Assembly: GCA_016185705.1 (NCBI GenBank)
Contig: JACPMZ010000003.1
Location: 74,900 to 138,899 of the forward strand
Direction: 5' to 3'
Length of the DNA: 64,000 nucleotides
DNA from: Candidatus Woesearchaeota archaeon
GTDB taxonomy: Archaea > Nanobdellota > Nanobdellia > Woesearchaeales > UBA10216
Below are positions 18,478-26,799 of this stretch, one piece after another. Within the stretch, counting starts at the first letter, position 1. Every line of letters starts with the position of its first letter. Under the pieces are notes generated by a model. It ran no database searches, had not been told where the DNA came from, and saw nothing but the letters and a program-made list of their open reading frames with translations. The translations under genes were made by a program, and so were the position numbers.

Positions 18478-19926
18478 ATGGCATTTGAAATCGTATTCGC
18501 AACTGTTGGCATAATAATACTGCTCGGCTTCCTGAGCGACCTTATCTTTTCCAAAACCAACATTCCTGACGTTCTCTGGCTGATACTCATCGGCGTTCTG
18601 ATAGGGCCAGTGCTGAATTTTGTCAGGCCGGAATCATTGGGGCAGGCAGCAAGCATATTCACCTCATTTGCGCTGCTATTCATCCTGTTTGAAGGAGGGT
18701 TGCACATCCGCATCAAGGATTTGATGAAAAGCATGTACGGAGCAACAACACTTACAGCAATAAACTTCATGCTGACAGTAACAGCAGTAACAATAATCGC
18801 CAAATTCTTCGGGTGGAGCCTGACCAACTCGCTCCTCCTCGGCACAATCCTCGGCGGAACAAGCTCAGCAGTGGTCGTGCCAATCGTAAAGAAGCTCAAA
18901 ATGGGCAAGGACAACGCTCTCAAGCTGATACTGGAATCAGCATTTACTGACGTGCTGTGCATTGTAGCGACTTTGACAATAGTCCAAATAGTAACACTCG
19001 ATAAAGTTGACCCCGGGGCAGTTCTGAATGCGCTGTTCGGGAGCTTTGCAATAGCAATCTTCGTAGGCCTGATAGCAGGATTTCTGTGGATACTGCTGCT
19101 GGACAGATTTCAGCAACTCTCAAAATCATACATATCCACCATCGGAATCCTGCTGATAGTTTCAGGCATATCAGAATTCGCCCACTCAAGCGGCGCAATA
19201 GCAGCCCTGTCATTCGGAATAGTCATGGGCAACTCGAGGAAAATACTGTCGCTGGCAGAAGGCGTAGAAGAGGAAGCAGACCCGCTGTCATCCTCCGCAA
19301 GGGCATTCTTCTCCCAGATATCATTTTTCGTAAAAACATTCTTCTTTGTATACATAGGAATACTCGTCAGCATGACAGAATACTACCTCATATGGCTCGG
19401 ATTCCTGATTGCGGCAGCAGTATTCCTCATGAGGCCAATATCGGTGAAGTTCTCATACAAGCCGGAGCAGCCGCTTGACCGGCCGATAATGGAATCAATG
19501 ATACCAAAAGGGCTTGCAGCAGCAGTGCTTGCGCAAATACCGATGCAGATGGGCATACTCAACGCAGAGCAGCTGCTGACGCCCGTAATATCAGCCATAT
19601 TCTTCACCATAGCAATAACAACAATCATGGTATTCCTGACAGAAAAAGGAAAATACAGAGGAACAACAGCATTATACCTGAAGCTTATTGGCAAAAAATA
19701 CGGCGAGAAAAGCGGCAAAACAAACGCAGCTGCGCCCAAAAAAACTGCTGCTGCCAAAAAATCAGCCACAAAAAATACAGCTTCCGGCACCGGAAAACCA
19801 GCTTCCAAACAACAGCGAAAAAAGCAAGCCAAAGCGCCAAAGCCAGCAGCACCAAGCTCAAAGCAAGCAGGCACAGCAACAAAAGCAAGATTGCCCTCTC
19901 CCAATTCCAAGGGCAGCGGCAAATAA
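18478..19926 (+). CDS. nhaP: Na+/H+ (cation:proton) antiporter, CPA1/NhaP family, with ~90-aa Lys/Ala/Pro-rich low-complexity C-terminal tail
   Basis: multi-TM profile and NhaP-like sequence (FEGGLHIRIKDL, LLGTILGGTSSAVVVPIV); tail KKTAAAKKSATKNTASGTGKPASKQQRKKQAKAPKPAAPSSK. Confidence 0.8.
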   Translation: MAFEIVFATVGIIILLGFLSDLIFSKTNIPDVLWLILIGVLIGPVLNFVRPESLGQAASIFTSFALLFILFEGGLHIRIKDLMKSMYGATTLTAINFMLTVTAVTIIAKFFGWSLTNSLLLGTILGGTSSAVVVPIVKKLKMGKDNALKLILESAFTDVLCIVATLTIVQIVTLDKVDPGAVLNALFGSFAIAIFVGLIAGFLWILLLDRFQQLSKSYISTIGILLIVSGISEFAHSSGAIAALSFGIVMGNSRKILSLAEGVEEEADPLSSSARAFFSQISFFVKTFFFVYIGILVSMTEYYLIWLGFLIAAAVFLMRPISVKFSYKPEQPLDRPIMESMIPKGLAAAVLAQIPMQMGILNAEQLLTPVISAIFFTIAITTIMVFLTEKGKYRGTTALYLKLIGKKYGEKSGKTNAAAPKKTAAAKKSATKNTASGTGKPASKQQRKKQAKAPKPAAPSSKQAGTATKARLPSPNSKGSGK

Positions 19927-20016
19927 GCGGCGCACAGCGCAAGGAAGCAGTTCAGCGATTAAAATGGAGCAGGGCGCAGCATATGCCTGGAAAGCGGACT
20001 TAACAAATCCGCAAAC

Positions 20017-20026
20017 TTTAAAATAA
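20017..20026 (+). promoter_or_regulatory. TATA box (tttaaaataa) ~25-30 nt upstream of tRNA
   Basis: archaeal TATA-like element at appropriate distance from 20050. Confidence 0.4.
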
Positions 20027-20049
20027 GGCAGCAAGCACTATATCCTAAC

Positions 20050-20182
20050 AGCCCCGTAGTGTAGCGGCCAACCACACCAGCCTTTGGACGCAGAGGAAAG
20101 CTGGGGACGGCGGTTCGAACGAGAAATCGGAGATTTCTGGTGTCCCAGAACCTCCGGTTCTGCGACAATCCGCCCGGGGCTA
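20050..20182 (+). tRNA. tRNA-Gln(TTG) with two introns: 11-nt intron at canonical 37/38 (20088-20098) and 49-nt intron in the T-loop near 59/60 (20120-20168); mature length 73 nt, no encoded CCA
   Basis: acceptor AGCCCCG/CGGGGCT + discriminator A; D-arm GTGT-AGCGGCCAA-CCAC; anticodon stem CCAGC/GCTGG with loop CTTTGG[intron]A; T-stem GGCGG/CCGCC with TTCGAA[intron]T; T-loop intron forms two hairpins (AGAAATC/GATTTCT and CAGAACC/GGTTCTG). Confidence 0.75.
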
Positions 20183-20183
20183 T
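20167..20183 (+). repeat. att-like core (aatccgcccggggctat) = 3' end of tRNA-Gln; first of three direct copies
   Basis: tccgcccggggctat repeated at 20755-20769 and 21094-21108. Confidence 0.85.
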
Positions 20184-20199
20184 GCTCTAATCCACAAAA

Positions 20200-20207
20200 T
20201 TTATATA
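20200..20207 (+). promoter_or_regulatory. TATA box (tttatata) 23 nt upstream of leaderless toxin gene
   Basis: position relative to ATG 20230. Confidence 0.4.
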
Positions 20208-20229
20208 CTGGTTCTAACATGTTATAACA

Positions 20230-20427
20230 ATGGAGCTTGTTTTTACCCTTCACGCCAAACGGCAAATGGTTGAGCGGGGTATCAGTAAGCAACAAGTCAT
20301 TGATACAATCAAAAAAGGAGGGAAAGTCAGGCAAACAGATGGTTTGCTTGCATCTTACGCTTACATTAAGGTCGCATTTAAAATCAGGGGAGAAAAATAT
20401 ATCATTAAAACGGTCATGATAACATGA
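20230..20427 (+). CDS. DUF4258-family putative toxin (65 aa)
   Basis: HAKRQMVERGISKQQVIDTI matches DUF4258 signature (HAxERMxERGIS..ev); 4-bp overlap with downstream zinc-finger/AbrB gene. Confidence 0.55.
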   Translation: MELVFTLHAKRQMVERGISKQQVIDTIKKGGKVRQTDGLLASYAYIKVAFKIRGEKYIIKTVMIT

Positions 20428-20753
20428 GCATATGCTATGTCTGTGACAAAGGAAAATTGTTGAAGAAGAAAGTTGATTTCAAAGTATACGGCGTAAGTCT
20501 GGGCAAATTCAACGCTGAAGTTTGCGGTAATTGCGGTGAAACATACTTTAGCGAGAGGGTGTCTGATGAAATGGACACTATTGCCAAGAAAAAGGGGCTG
20601 TGGGGATTGGAAGCAACGACAAAAGTCGGCAAAGTTGGCAATTCCATCGATATTAAAATTAATAAACGCATTGCAGATTTTGCCGGATTAAGGAAAGGGG
20701 AGGAAGTAAGGATATACCCTGAGGGCAGAAATAAACTCATCATATCTGTTTAG
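20424..20753 (+). CDS. putative antitoxin: YgiT/MqsA-type zinc finger fused to AbrB/SpoVT swapped-hairpin DNA-binding domain
   Basis: CYVCDKG...CGNCGETYFS zinc ribbon; C-term IDIKINKRIADFAGLRKGEEVRIYPEGRNKLIIS AbrB-like; paralog at 63406-63735. Confidence 0.6.
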   Translation: MSICYVCDKGKLLKKKVDFKVYGVSLGKFNAEVCGNCGETYFSERVSDEMDTIAKKKGLWGLEATTKVGKVGNSIDIKINKRIADFAGLRKGEEVRIYPEGRNKLIISV

Positions 20754-20754
20754 C

Positions 20755-20769
20755 GTCCGCCCGGGGCTA
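20755..20769 (+). repeat. second copy of tRNA-3'-end att-like core, followed by TATA box 20784-20792
   Basis: tccgcccggggctat. Confidence 0.85.
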
Positions 20770-20798
20770 TTTCTGTAGCAAATTTTATATACGGCAAT

Positions 20799-21023
20799 AT
20801 GTTGAATACTCCTATGGGCAAGAAATATACCATAATAGTGGAAAAAGACGAAGCTGGTTGGCTGGTCTCTGAAGTAGTTGAACTTCCCGGTTGCCATACC
20901 CAAGCAAAGGATATGAATCAGCTTATAGAGAGGACTAAGGAAGCCATACAAGCTTATCTGGAAAACGGGGAGCAACCCGAAATTTCTGAGGAATTCGTTG
21001 GCGTTCAGCAGATAGAGGTGTAG
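20799..21023 (+). CDS. hicB: HicB-family antitoxin (probable leaderless start at ATG 20814)
   Basis: YTIIVEKDEAGWLVSEVVELPGCHTQAKDMNQLIERTKEAIQAYLE matches HicB/UPF0150 consensus. Confidence 0.8.
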   Translation: MLNTPMGKKYTIIVEKDEAGWLVSEVVELPGCHTQAKDMNQLIERTKEAIQAYLENGEQPEISEEFVGVQQIEV

Positions 21024-21027
21024 TTCT

Positions 21028-21135
21028 TTGGCTAAATTGCCAAGACTGACTGGGAAGGAACTTGCTAAAGTTGCAGAGAAATTTGGATTTGAATCCGCCC
21101 GGGGCTATTTTATCAGTATGCAAACACTTATATAA
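21028..21135 (+). pseudogene. hicA: HicA toxin remnant: first ~22 codons (LAKLPRLTGKELAKVAEKFGFE) then truncated/replaced at the att-like repeat
   Basis: TTG start 21028; HicA N-terminal signature KLPRLTGKEL..K.LEKLGF; homology ends exactly where repeat 21092-21108 begins. Confidence 0.6.
21092..21108 (+). repeat. third copy of tRNA-3'-end att-like core (aatccgcccggggctat), followed by TATA box 21128-21136
   Basis: 17/17 identical to 20167-20183. Confidence 0.85.
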
Positions 21136-21144
21136 CTAAATCCT

Positions 21145-21993
21145 ATGCCTAAAAGCATGAGCAAGGTCATCCTAATCACCGGCTGCTCCTCAGGAATAGG
21201 ATTGGCAACAGCAATATTTCTCGCAAAGCAGGGCAACAAAGTGTATGCTTCCATGAGGGATTTGAACAGGAAAGGGAGTTTAATGGCTGAAGCAGCGAAT
21301 GCAGGCGTTTCTGTCGAATTACTGCAGCTGGATGTTACTGACGACAACAGCGTAAAAAAAGCAGCAGCCCAAATCATTGAAAAAGAAGGCAGAATTGACG
21401 TTCTGATTAACAACTCAGGCTACGGATTAATGGGCGCTGCCGAGAGCGTTACAATTGAAGAAGCCAAGGCAGAGTTTGAAGTAAATTTTTTCGGTCTGCT
21501 GAGAGTCACCCAAGCTGTGCTTCCGCATATGCGCAAGCAGAAGTCAGGGCACATCATCAACATAAGCAGCATAGCAGGAATAAAGGCAATGCCGGCCTCT
21601 GACTTGTACAACGCCTCAAAGTTTGCTGTCGAGGGGCTGACAGAGGCGATGGCTCCAACTCTGCGTCTGCTTGGCATAAAAACGAGCCTGATAGAGCCGG
21701 GCCCTGTTGCAACAAAATTCGTGCCTTCAATAAGATTTGGAAGCAGGCAGGCAGGAAAAGCAGAATACGCTGGCGCAATGGAAAAAATGAGCGCTTCCCG
21801 CAGAGAACGCTTCAGCTCTGCCCAGAAGCCTGAAGAAATCGCTGCAATAATCAATGAAGCAATCACTGCCAAAAAGCCGCATCTTCGCTACCAGACAAGC
21901 GACTGGGTGAAAAATGCTGCGAAGGACAAGCTTGCTGAACTTACGGGCGACAGCATAGTTGACAGCTACATGGATACGCTAAAAAGAGAATAG
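21145..21993 (+). CDS. short-chain dehydrogenase/reductase (SDR) family oxidoreductase (probable leaderless start at 21157)
   Basis: TGCSSGIG cofactor motif, NNSG, YNASK (YxxxK) catalytic motif. Confidence 0.85.
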   Translation: MPKSMSKVILITGCSSGIGLATAIFLAKQGNKVYASMRDLNRKGSLMAEAANAGVSVELLQLDVTDDNSVKKAAAQIIEKEGRIDVLINNSGYGLMGAAESVTIEEAKAEFEVNFFGLLRVTQAVLPHMRKQKSGHIINISSIAGIKAMPASDLYNASKFAVEGLTEAMAPTLRLLGIKTSLIEPGPVATKFVPSIRFGSRQAGKAEYAGAMEKMSASRRERFSSAQKPEEIAAIINEAITAKKPHLRYQTSDWVKNAAKDKLAELTGDSIVDSYMDTLKRE

Positions 21994-22022
21994 GCCCTGG
22001 CGCCGGGAAGCACCACACCAAA

Positions 22023-22322
22023 ATGAGAGCATCATACAAACAGAAATGCATAGTCTGCAGAAAGAACCATGCCTTAGTTACATGGAAAAACCGCGTCCCT
22101 GTCTGCACGGAATGCAGGATGCGGGAGATTAACAGGCCCATAACAGAGCCAAAATTCAGGAAGCTGTTTGATGTTGACAAATCCCTGTATGAAAAATCCG
22201 GGTTTTTAAGAAACATAAAGGCGAGCTACCTGCGCTTTGGAAACCTCAGCGAGAAGCAGATAGAAACGTTCAAAAAAGTCGTTGAGGAAGTCAAGAAAAA
22301 ATCTAATAGTAAATCTCATTAA
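22023..22322 (+). CDS. zinc-ribbon hypothetical protein (CxxC...CxxC) with basic C-terminus
   Basis: CIVCRKN...CTECR. Confidence 0.45.
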   Translation: MRASYKQKCIVCRKNHALVTWKNRVPVCTECRMREINRPITEPKFRKLFDVDKSLYEKSGFLRNIKASYLRFGNLSEKQIETFKKVVEEVKKKSNSKSH

Positions 22323-22352
22323 TTTATGAATAAAGAGTGAGATTTACCAAAT

Positions 22353-22395
22353 AGCAAATCGCAATTTAAAAGTTCAAGTATTTATGCGATTTGCT
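22353..22395. terminator. 10-bp perfect inverted repeat (AGCAAATCGCA...TGCGATTTGCT) between convergent genes; possible bidirectional terminator hairpin
   Basis: stem arms 22353-22363 / 22385-22395. Confidence 0.3.
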
Positions 22396-23076
22396 ATAAC
22401 GATACCGGAAAATAAGGTTCTTTTCTGAGAACATATTGCCTAGATTGAATTTTTTGGCAACAACCTCTGGAACTGTCATGTAAGCAACCAAAATTCTGCC
22501 AGCGTGCTTCTTCGCTTTTTCAGCGAGCAAACCTTTTTTCACCGCAGACAGAGCAACAGTTGTTTTTGCCCTTATGCACGGGTCGTAAGCTTTTCCAGTA
22601 GTTGCGTCAAGCCCGGAGGGAAGGTCAATTGAGAGTATTTGAACCTTTGAATTATTTGCTGCCCGAATCATTTCAGCATATCTGCTGCGGGGATTTCCGC
22701 TGATGTTGTAGCCGAGCAGCCCGTCAATAATCAAGCCGTATTTGCTGTAATCAACTTTTTTTGCCTCCTTTACACCCATGCGCTGCAGTATTTTCCACTG
22801 ATGCAGCGGAACCGGCTTTAATTTACTGCCTGCAAAGCAAACGTCAACCCTGTAACCCCAATTAATCAGATGACGGGCAGCAACCAAAGAGTCGCCGCCG
22901 TTATTCCCAGTGCCTGACAATACAAGTATTTTCTTTCTTTTATCATTCTTAACAATGGAAGTAGCTGCAGCCGCAACAAAAAAGCCAGCAAGCTCCATCA
23001 TTCTCGGAACGTCAATGCCGAGCTTAATCATGGCTTTATCCAGCGCAGTCATTTGAGTTTTTGTTAATGGTTTCAT
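22366..23076 (-). CDS. nnrE: NAD(P)H-hydrate epimerase (YjeF N-terminal domain)
   Basis: LVLSGTGNNGGDSLVAARHL signature of YjeF-N. Confidence 0.8.
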   Translation of the reverse strand: MKPLTKTQMTALDKAMIKLGIDVPRMMELAGFFVAAAATSIVKNDKRKKILVLSGTGNNGGDSLVAARHLINWGYRVDVCFAGSKLKPVPLHQWKILQRMGVKEAKKVDYSKYGLIIDGLLGYNISGNPRSRYAEMIRAANNSKVQILSIDLPSGLDATTGKAYDPCIRAKTTVALSAVKKGLLAEKAKKHAGRILVAYMTVPEVVAKKFNLGNMFSEKNLIFRYRYSKSHKYLNF

Positions 23077-23678
23077 TTTTTTACCGCAATAACCATGAAG
23101 TATTTAATCAAGCCAAGGTGATTGTATTTTTTGTGAATCCTTATCTTAAATCCCAAATATTTCAAGTAATCAATAAACTCTGCTTCATTATACATTTGGT
23201 CGTATGGATGTGCTAGCAGCTTTTTGCCAATCCTGCCGATGAATGTGTTAAACGTGTCTGATGATAAATCTATTAATATAAATTCACCCCTGGGTTTTAA
23301 TATACGCTTTATCTCTTTCAGGCAGTCTTTCCAGTTAGGTATGTGGTGTATAACAGCGAAATCAAAAACAGCATCAAAGCTGGCATTTTTATATTTAAGA
23401 TTTGCTGCATCACGAACCTCAAACATTATAGAAGCGTCTTTGCTCTTTTTCTTAGCTAACTTTATCATTCTGGCGTCCAGATCAATTGCATAAATTTTTT
23501 TTGGAGAAAAATACCTCTTTATTTGCCGAGTTGCAGCACCGTTCCCGCACCCAATCTCTAAAACAACCTTGTTCTTAGGCAGCTGTGATAGCTGTTTTAC
23601 TTTTTTAACTTCAATCCTTTTGATGCTGTCGCTTATGGGATTATTTACAAGTATAAATTCCAACCTGTTCAATAGCAT
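23073..23678 (-). CDS. class I SAM-dependent methyltransferase (type 11-like)
   Basis: VLEIGCGNGAATRQ motif I; 4-bp overlap with yjeF-N gene. Confidence 0.75.
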   Translation of the reverse strand: MLLNRLEFILVNNPISDSIKRIEVKKVKQLSQLPKNKVVLEIGCGNGAATRQIKRYFSPKKIYAIDLDARMIKLAKKKSKDASIMFEVRDAANLKYKNASFDAVFDFAVIHHIPNWKDCLKEIKRILKPRGEFILIDLSSDTFNTFIGRIGKKLLAHPYDQMYNEAEFIDYLKYLGFKIRIHKKYNHLGLIKYFMVIAVKK

Positions 23679-24311
23679 TTAATGTTGGTTGTTCGCTTTC
23701 CTTAATAAATTTATCACTTCCTCATCCTCCACCTGCTGGAAATCCCGGTAAAACTCGCCAACAGCCATGAAGTATGCAGGGTGCTCCAGCACTATGAGCT
23801 TATCCACCTTGTCCTTTACAAGCTGCAGGCTTTCAGGAGGCCCCACTGGAATTGCAGCAACAATTTTTTTTGGATTCTGAGATTTAACGCAGCTAACGGC
23901 AGCCAAAAAAGTATGGCCTGTGGCTATCCCGTCATCTGCAATAACCACTGTCCTGTCCTTCATATCCGGCAAACCGGCTTTTCCTGTTAATTCCATGTAA
24001 CGGCGCTTGATAGATGATTTAAGGTTTTTCACTTCTGCATCAATATACTGCCTGCTGATGCCGTGGAGAGCAATCAACTGGCTGTCCAGCAAAACAACAT
24101 CATTGCATACAGCGCCTACAGCAAGCTCCGGCTGACCAGGGTAAGGAATCTTTTTTGAAATCAAAATGCCCAAATTGCTTTTGAGCTGTTTGGCAATGGC
24201 ATAGCCAACCTCAACGCCGCCGCGGGGAATGGCAAGCACCAGCGCACCCTTACAGCTGCCGAGCCTGTCAGCCAGCAGCCTGCCTGCCTCAAACCTGTCA
24301 GCAAACACCAT
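23679..24311 (-). CDS. type I phosphoribosyltransferase domain protein (true start probably MVFADRF at 24311; longer ORF to 24446)
   Basis: VVIADDGIATGHT PRPP-binding motif. Confidence 0.7.
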   Translation of the reverse strand: MVFADRFEAGRLLADRLGSCKGALVLAIPRGGVEVGYAIAKQLKSNLGILISKKIPYPGQPELAVGAVCNDVVLLDSQLIALHGISRQYIDAEVKNLKSSIKRRYMELTGKAGLPDMKDRTVVIADDGIATGHTFLAAVSCVKSQNPKKIVAAIPVGPPESLQLVKDKVDKLIVLEHPAYFMAVGEFYRDFQQVEDEEVINLLRKANNQH

Positions 24312-24349
24312 GCAACTGTGCAGGCAGGAAAGGTTTAAAAAGCTAATTA

Positions 24350-24565
24350 ATGCAAAACGTATCAATGGCCAAGAAAAAGCGCAAAATAACAATGTGCAGG
24401 GACTACTTCGGATTCGGCGCAGTTTCCATATTAGCAGGTTTAGCATTTCTTACAATAACCTTGCTGACAACCGCCACTGTTCTGAGATTTTTCATAACCG
24501 GGTTCTTTATTGCGCTGGGAGTTATTGATCTGGCGTTGTATGCGATATTCAGGGAGAAGGGGTAA
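24350..24565 (+). CDS. possible small 2-TM membrane protein
   Basis: basic N-term MAKKKRK then two hydrophobic helices. Confidence 0.3.
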   Translation: MQNVSMAKKKRKITMCRDYFGFGAVSILAGLAFLTITLLTTATVLRFFITGFFIALGVIDLALYAIFREKG

Positions 24566-24634
24566 GCTACGTTTTCCGGCTCGGCACCGAACAGTCAGTA
24601 AACTTTATAAACCACTCCGAACCTGCGCTGTGCT

Positions 24635-25090
24635 ATGGCACGGATGTATTCAAAGAAGCGCGGAAGAGCAGGATCAAAAAAGCCCCTGCGAACAGATAAG
24701 CCAACATGGGTTAGGTATAAAGCAAAGGAAATAGAACTGCTTATCTCAAAAATCGCCAAAGAAGGAAAAGCGCCCTCCCAGATTGGACTGGTATTGCGGG
24801 ACCTCTACGGCGTGCCAAGCACAAAATTAATTACAAAAAAAAGGGTAACACAGATAATGCGGGAAAAAAGCGTCGCACCAGCTGTTCCTGAAGACCTGAT
24901 GGCTCTTATAAGAAAAAATATAATGATCAAAAAGCACCTTGAGCGCAATAAGCATGACATGACGGCAGTGCACGGCCTTGAGCTCACTGAATCGCACATC
25001 AAAAGGGTAGTTGACTATTACAAACGAACCAAGAAGCTGGCAGCTGACTGGAAGTATGACCCGGCCAAGATAAAGCTGATGATTGAATAG
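24635..25090 (+). CDS. rps15: 30S ribosomal protein S15P/S13e (uS15)
   Basis: MARMYSKKRGRAGSKKP... archaeal uS15 N-terminus and length. Confidence 0.9.
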   Translation: MARMYSKKRGRAGSKKPLRTDKPTWVRYKAKEIELLISKIAKEGKAPSQIGLVLRDLYGVPSTKLITKKRVTQIMREKSVAPAVPEDLMALIRKNIMIKKHLERNKHDMTAVHGLELTESHIKRVVDYYKRTKKLAADWKYDPAKIKLMIE

Positions 25091-25223
25091 TTAATATCCC
25101 TGATTCGCACCGCTTCCAATGGCGATACTGGAAAAATTTACTTCACACTTTCTGCAAAGTCAGCTTCTTAACTGTCCGCCCCGACCTATTTGATGATGCT
25201 CCCTTCTCCCTACAATTCAATCA

Positions 25224-25274
25224 CCGCTGCTTTTTCCCTCCCCTTAATTTTTAAGGGAGGGAAAAAAGCAGCGG
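25224..25274. repeat. palindromic hairpin of the CCCTCCC...GGGAGGG family (ccgctgctttttccctcccc TTAATTTTTA agggagggaaaaaagcagcgg); followed by MITE-like right-end motif cttggaaagcttac
   Basis: perfect 20-bp stem; family recurs >10 times in window. Confidence 0.8.
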
Positions 25275-25392
25275 CAATACCGAAAGAGGCAGCAGGGCGC
25301 CCTGTACACTTGGAAAGCTTACTTTATACTTTCACAAACTTTAAATAAGACACGGCTACAGCCAATCATCGTAATTTTCTGCAAGTGATACG

Positions 25393-26799
25393 ATGGACAA
25401 ATACGCAAGATTTCAAGAGCTGGTCAATTCAGCTGCTCAAGACTTCTCAAAGACAAGCAAAAACGAAATCATAAGGGTAGTTTCCCATCTCGATGCAGAC
25501 GGGCTGAGCAGCGCAGCAGTCCTGATAAAGGCGTTAAGCAGCGACAACAGAAAATACTCGCTGTCCACCGTGCACCAGCTGGATGAAGACGAAGTCAGGC
25601 AATTATCCTTTGAGCCGTACGCCTGCGTGTTCTTTACAGACATAGGCTCCGGCCAGCTCAGCCTGATAAAAAAGCATCTGAAGGGCAAAAAAGTTTTCAT
25701 ACTGGACCACCACCAGCTCGAAGAAACGGACGGAGGCAGCAACATTGTCCACGTAAATCCGCACCTGGCCGGGGTGAATGGCAGCCGAGAGGTGAGCGGC
25801 TCAGGCGTAACGTACCTGTTTGCAAAAGCGCTGAACGCTGCAAACGTCAACCTTGCTCACATTGCATTGCTCGGAGCAATGGGCGATATGCAGGAAAACA
25901 GCGGCTTTGAAAAGCTGAATGCGCAGATACTTGAAGATGCCAAAGAATCCGGAAAGATAAAAGTCATAACCGGGCTGAGGGTATTCGGAGCTCACACAAG
26001 GCCTCTGCACAAGGTCATAGAGCGCAGCAGCGAACACCCAATACCGGGAATAACAGGCAGCGAAAGCGCTTCCCTGATGTTTTTGCAGCACCTCGGCATA
26101 AATCCGCGGAACGGCGAAGGGTGGAAGAAGCTGACAGACCTCACAGACGAAGAACTCCAGAAACTGGCGACAGCCATAATAGTAAGACGGCTTGACCAGG
26201 AAAAGCCCGAAGCAATACTTGGCCCGGTGTACATCCTGCAAAACGAAAAAAAAGACTCTCCACTGAAAGATGCGAAGGAATTCTCATCAGTATTAAATGC
26301 GTGCGGCAGGCTGGGCAAAGCCTCAGCAGGAATAGGAGCGCTGCTCGGACACAGCGGGAGCAAGGAGCAGGCGATAAAAACGCTGCGAAGCTACAAGCGC
26401 CACATCGCAAATGCATTAACCTGGTATAAAACAGCAAAAAAAGGCATAATCAAGGGAAAAGGATACATAATAATAAACGCCGAGGAAAACATAATGCCCA
26501 CAATAATAGGAACGCTTGCCTCCATGCTCTCCAAATCAGGAGAAATAGAAGAAGGCAGCATAATCCTGTCAATGGCGCAGACAGACAAAGACAAAACCAA
26601 AGTCAGCATAAGGATAAGCGGCAACAAAGATGTTAATTTAAAAGAAATAATAAATAAAATAACAATAACAGTAAACGGCATGGCAGGCGGCCACCACCAG
26701 GCGGCAGGAGCACTAATAGATACTGCCAGAGAAACAGAGTTCATTGAGGCAGCCAAAAGAATCCTTGAAATGCAGGCGATGGAGGAGAAGGTGGCTTAG
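25393..26799 (+). CDS. archaeal RecJ-like DHH-family phosphoesterase/exonuclease (DHH + DHHA1)
   Basis: SHLDADGLSSAAV (DHH region) and NGMAGGHHQAAGA (DHHA1 GGGH motif). Confidence 0.85.
   Translation: MDKYARFQELVNSAAQDFSKTSKNEIIRVVSHLDADGLSSAAVLIKALSSDNRKYSLSTVHQLDEDEVRQLSFEPYACVFFTDIGSGQLSLIKKHLKGKKVFILDHHQLEETDGGSNIVHVNPHLAGVNGSREVSGSGVTYLFAKALNAANVNLAHIALLGAMGDMQENSGFEKLNAQILEDAKESGKIKVITGLRVFGAHTRPLHKVIERSSEHPIPGITGSESASLMFLQHLGINPRNGEGWKKLTDLTDEELQKLATAIIVRRLDQEKPEAILGPVYILQNEKKDSPLKDAKEFSSVLNACGRLGKASAGIGALLGHSGSKEQAIKTLRSYKRHIANALTWYKTAKKGIIKGKGYIIINAEENIMPTIIGTLASMLSKSGEIEEGSIILSMAQTDKDKTKVSIRISGNKDVNLKEIINKITITVNGMAGGHHQAAGALIDTARETEFIEAAKRILEMQAMEEKVA

Noticed and set aside
19110-19942. 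Minus-strand ORFs (87, 179, 85 aa) and plus ORFs 19086-19478 and 19688-20026 overlapping the nhaP gene
   Set aside because: They lie inside or antisense to a well-supported membrane-transporter ORF. The biased, low-complexity K/A/P-tail region generates spurious frames.
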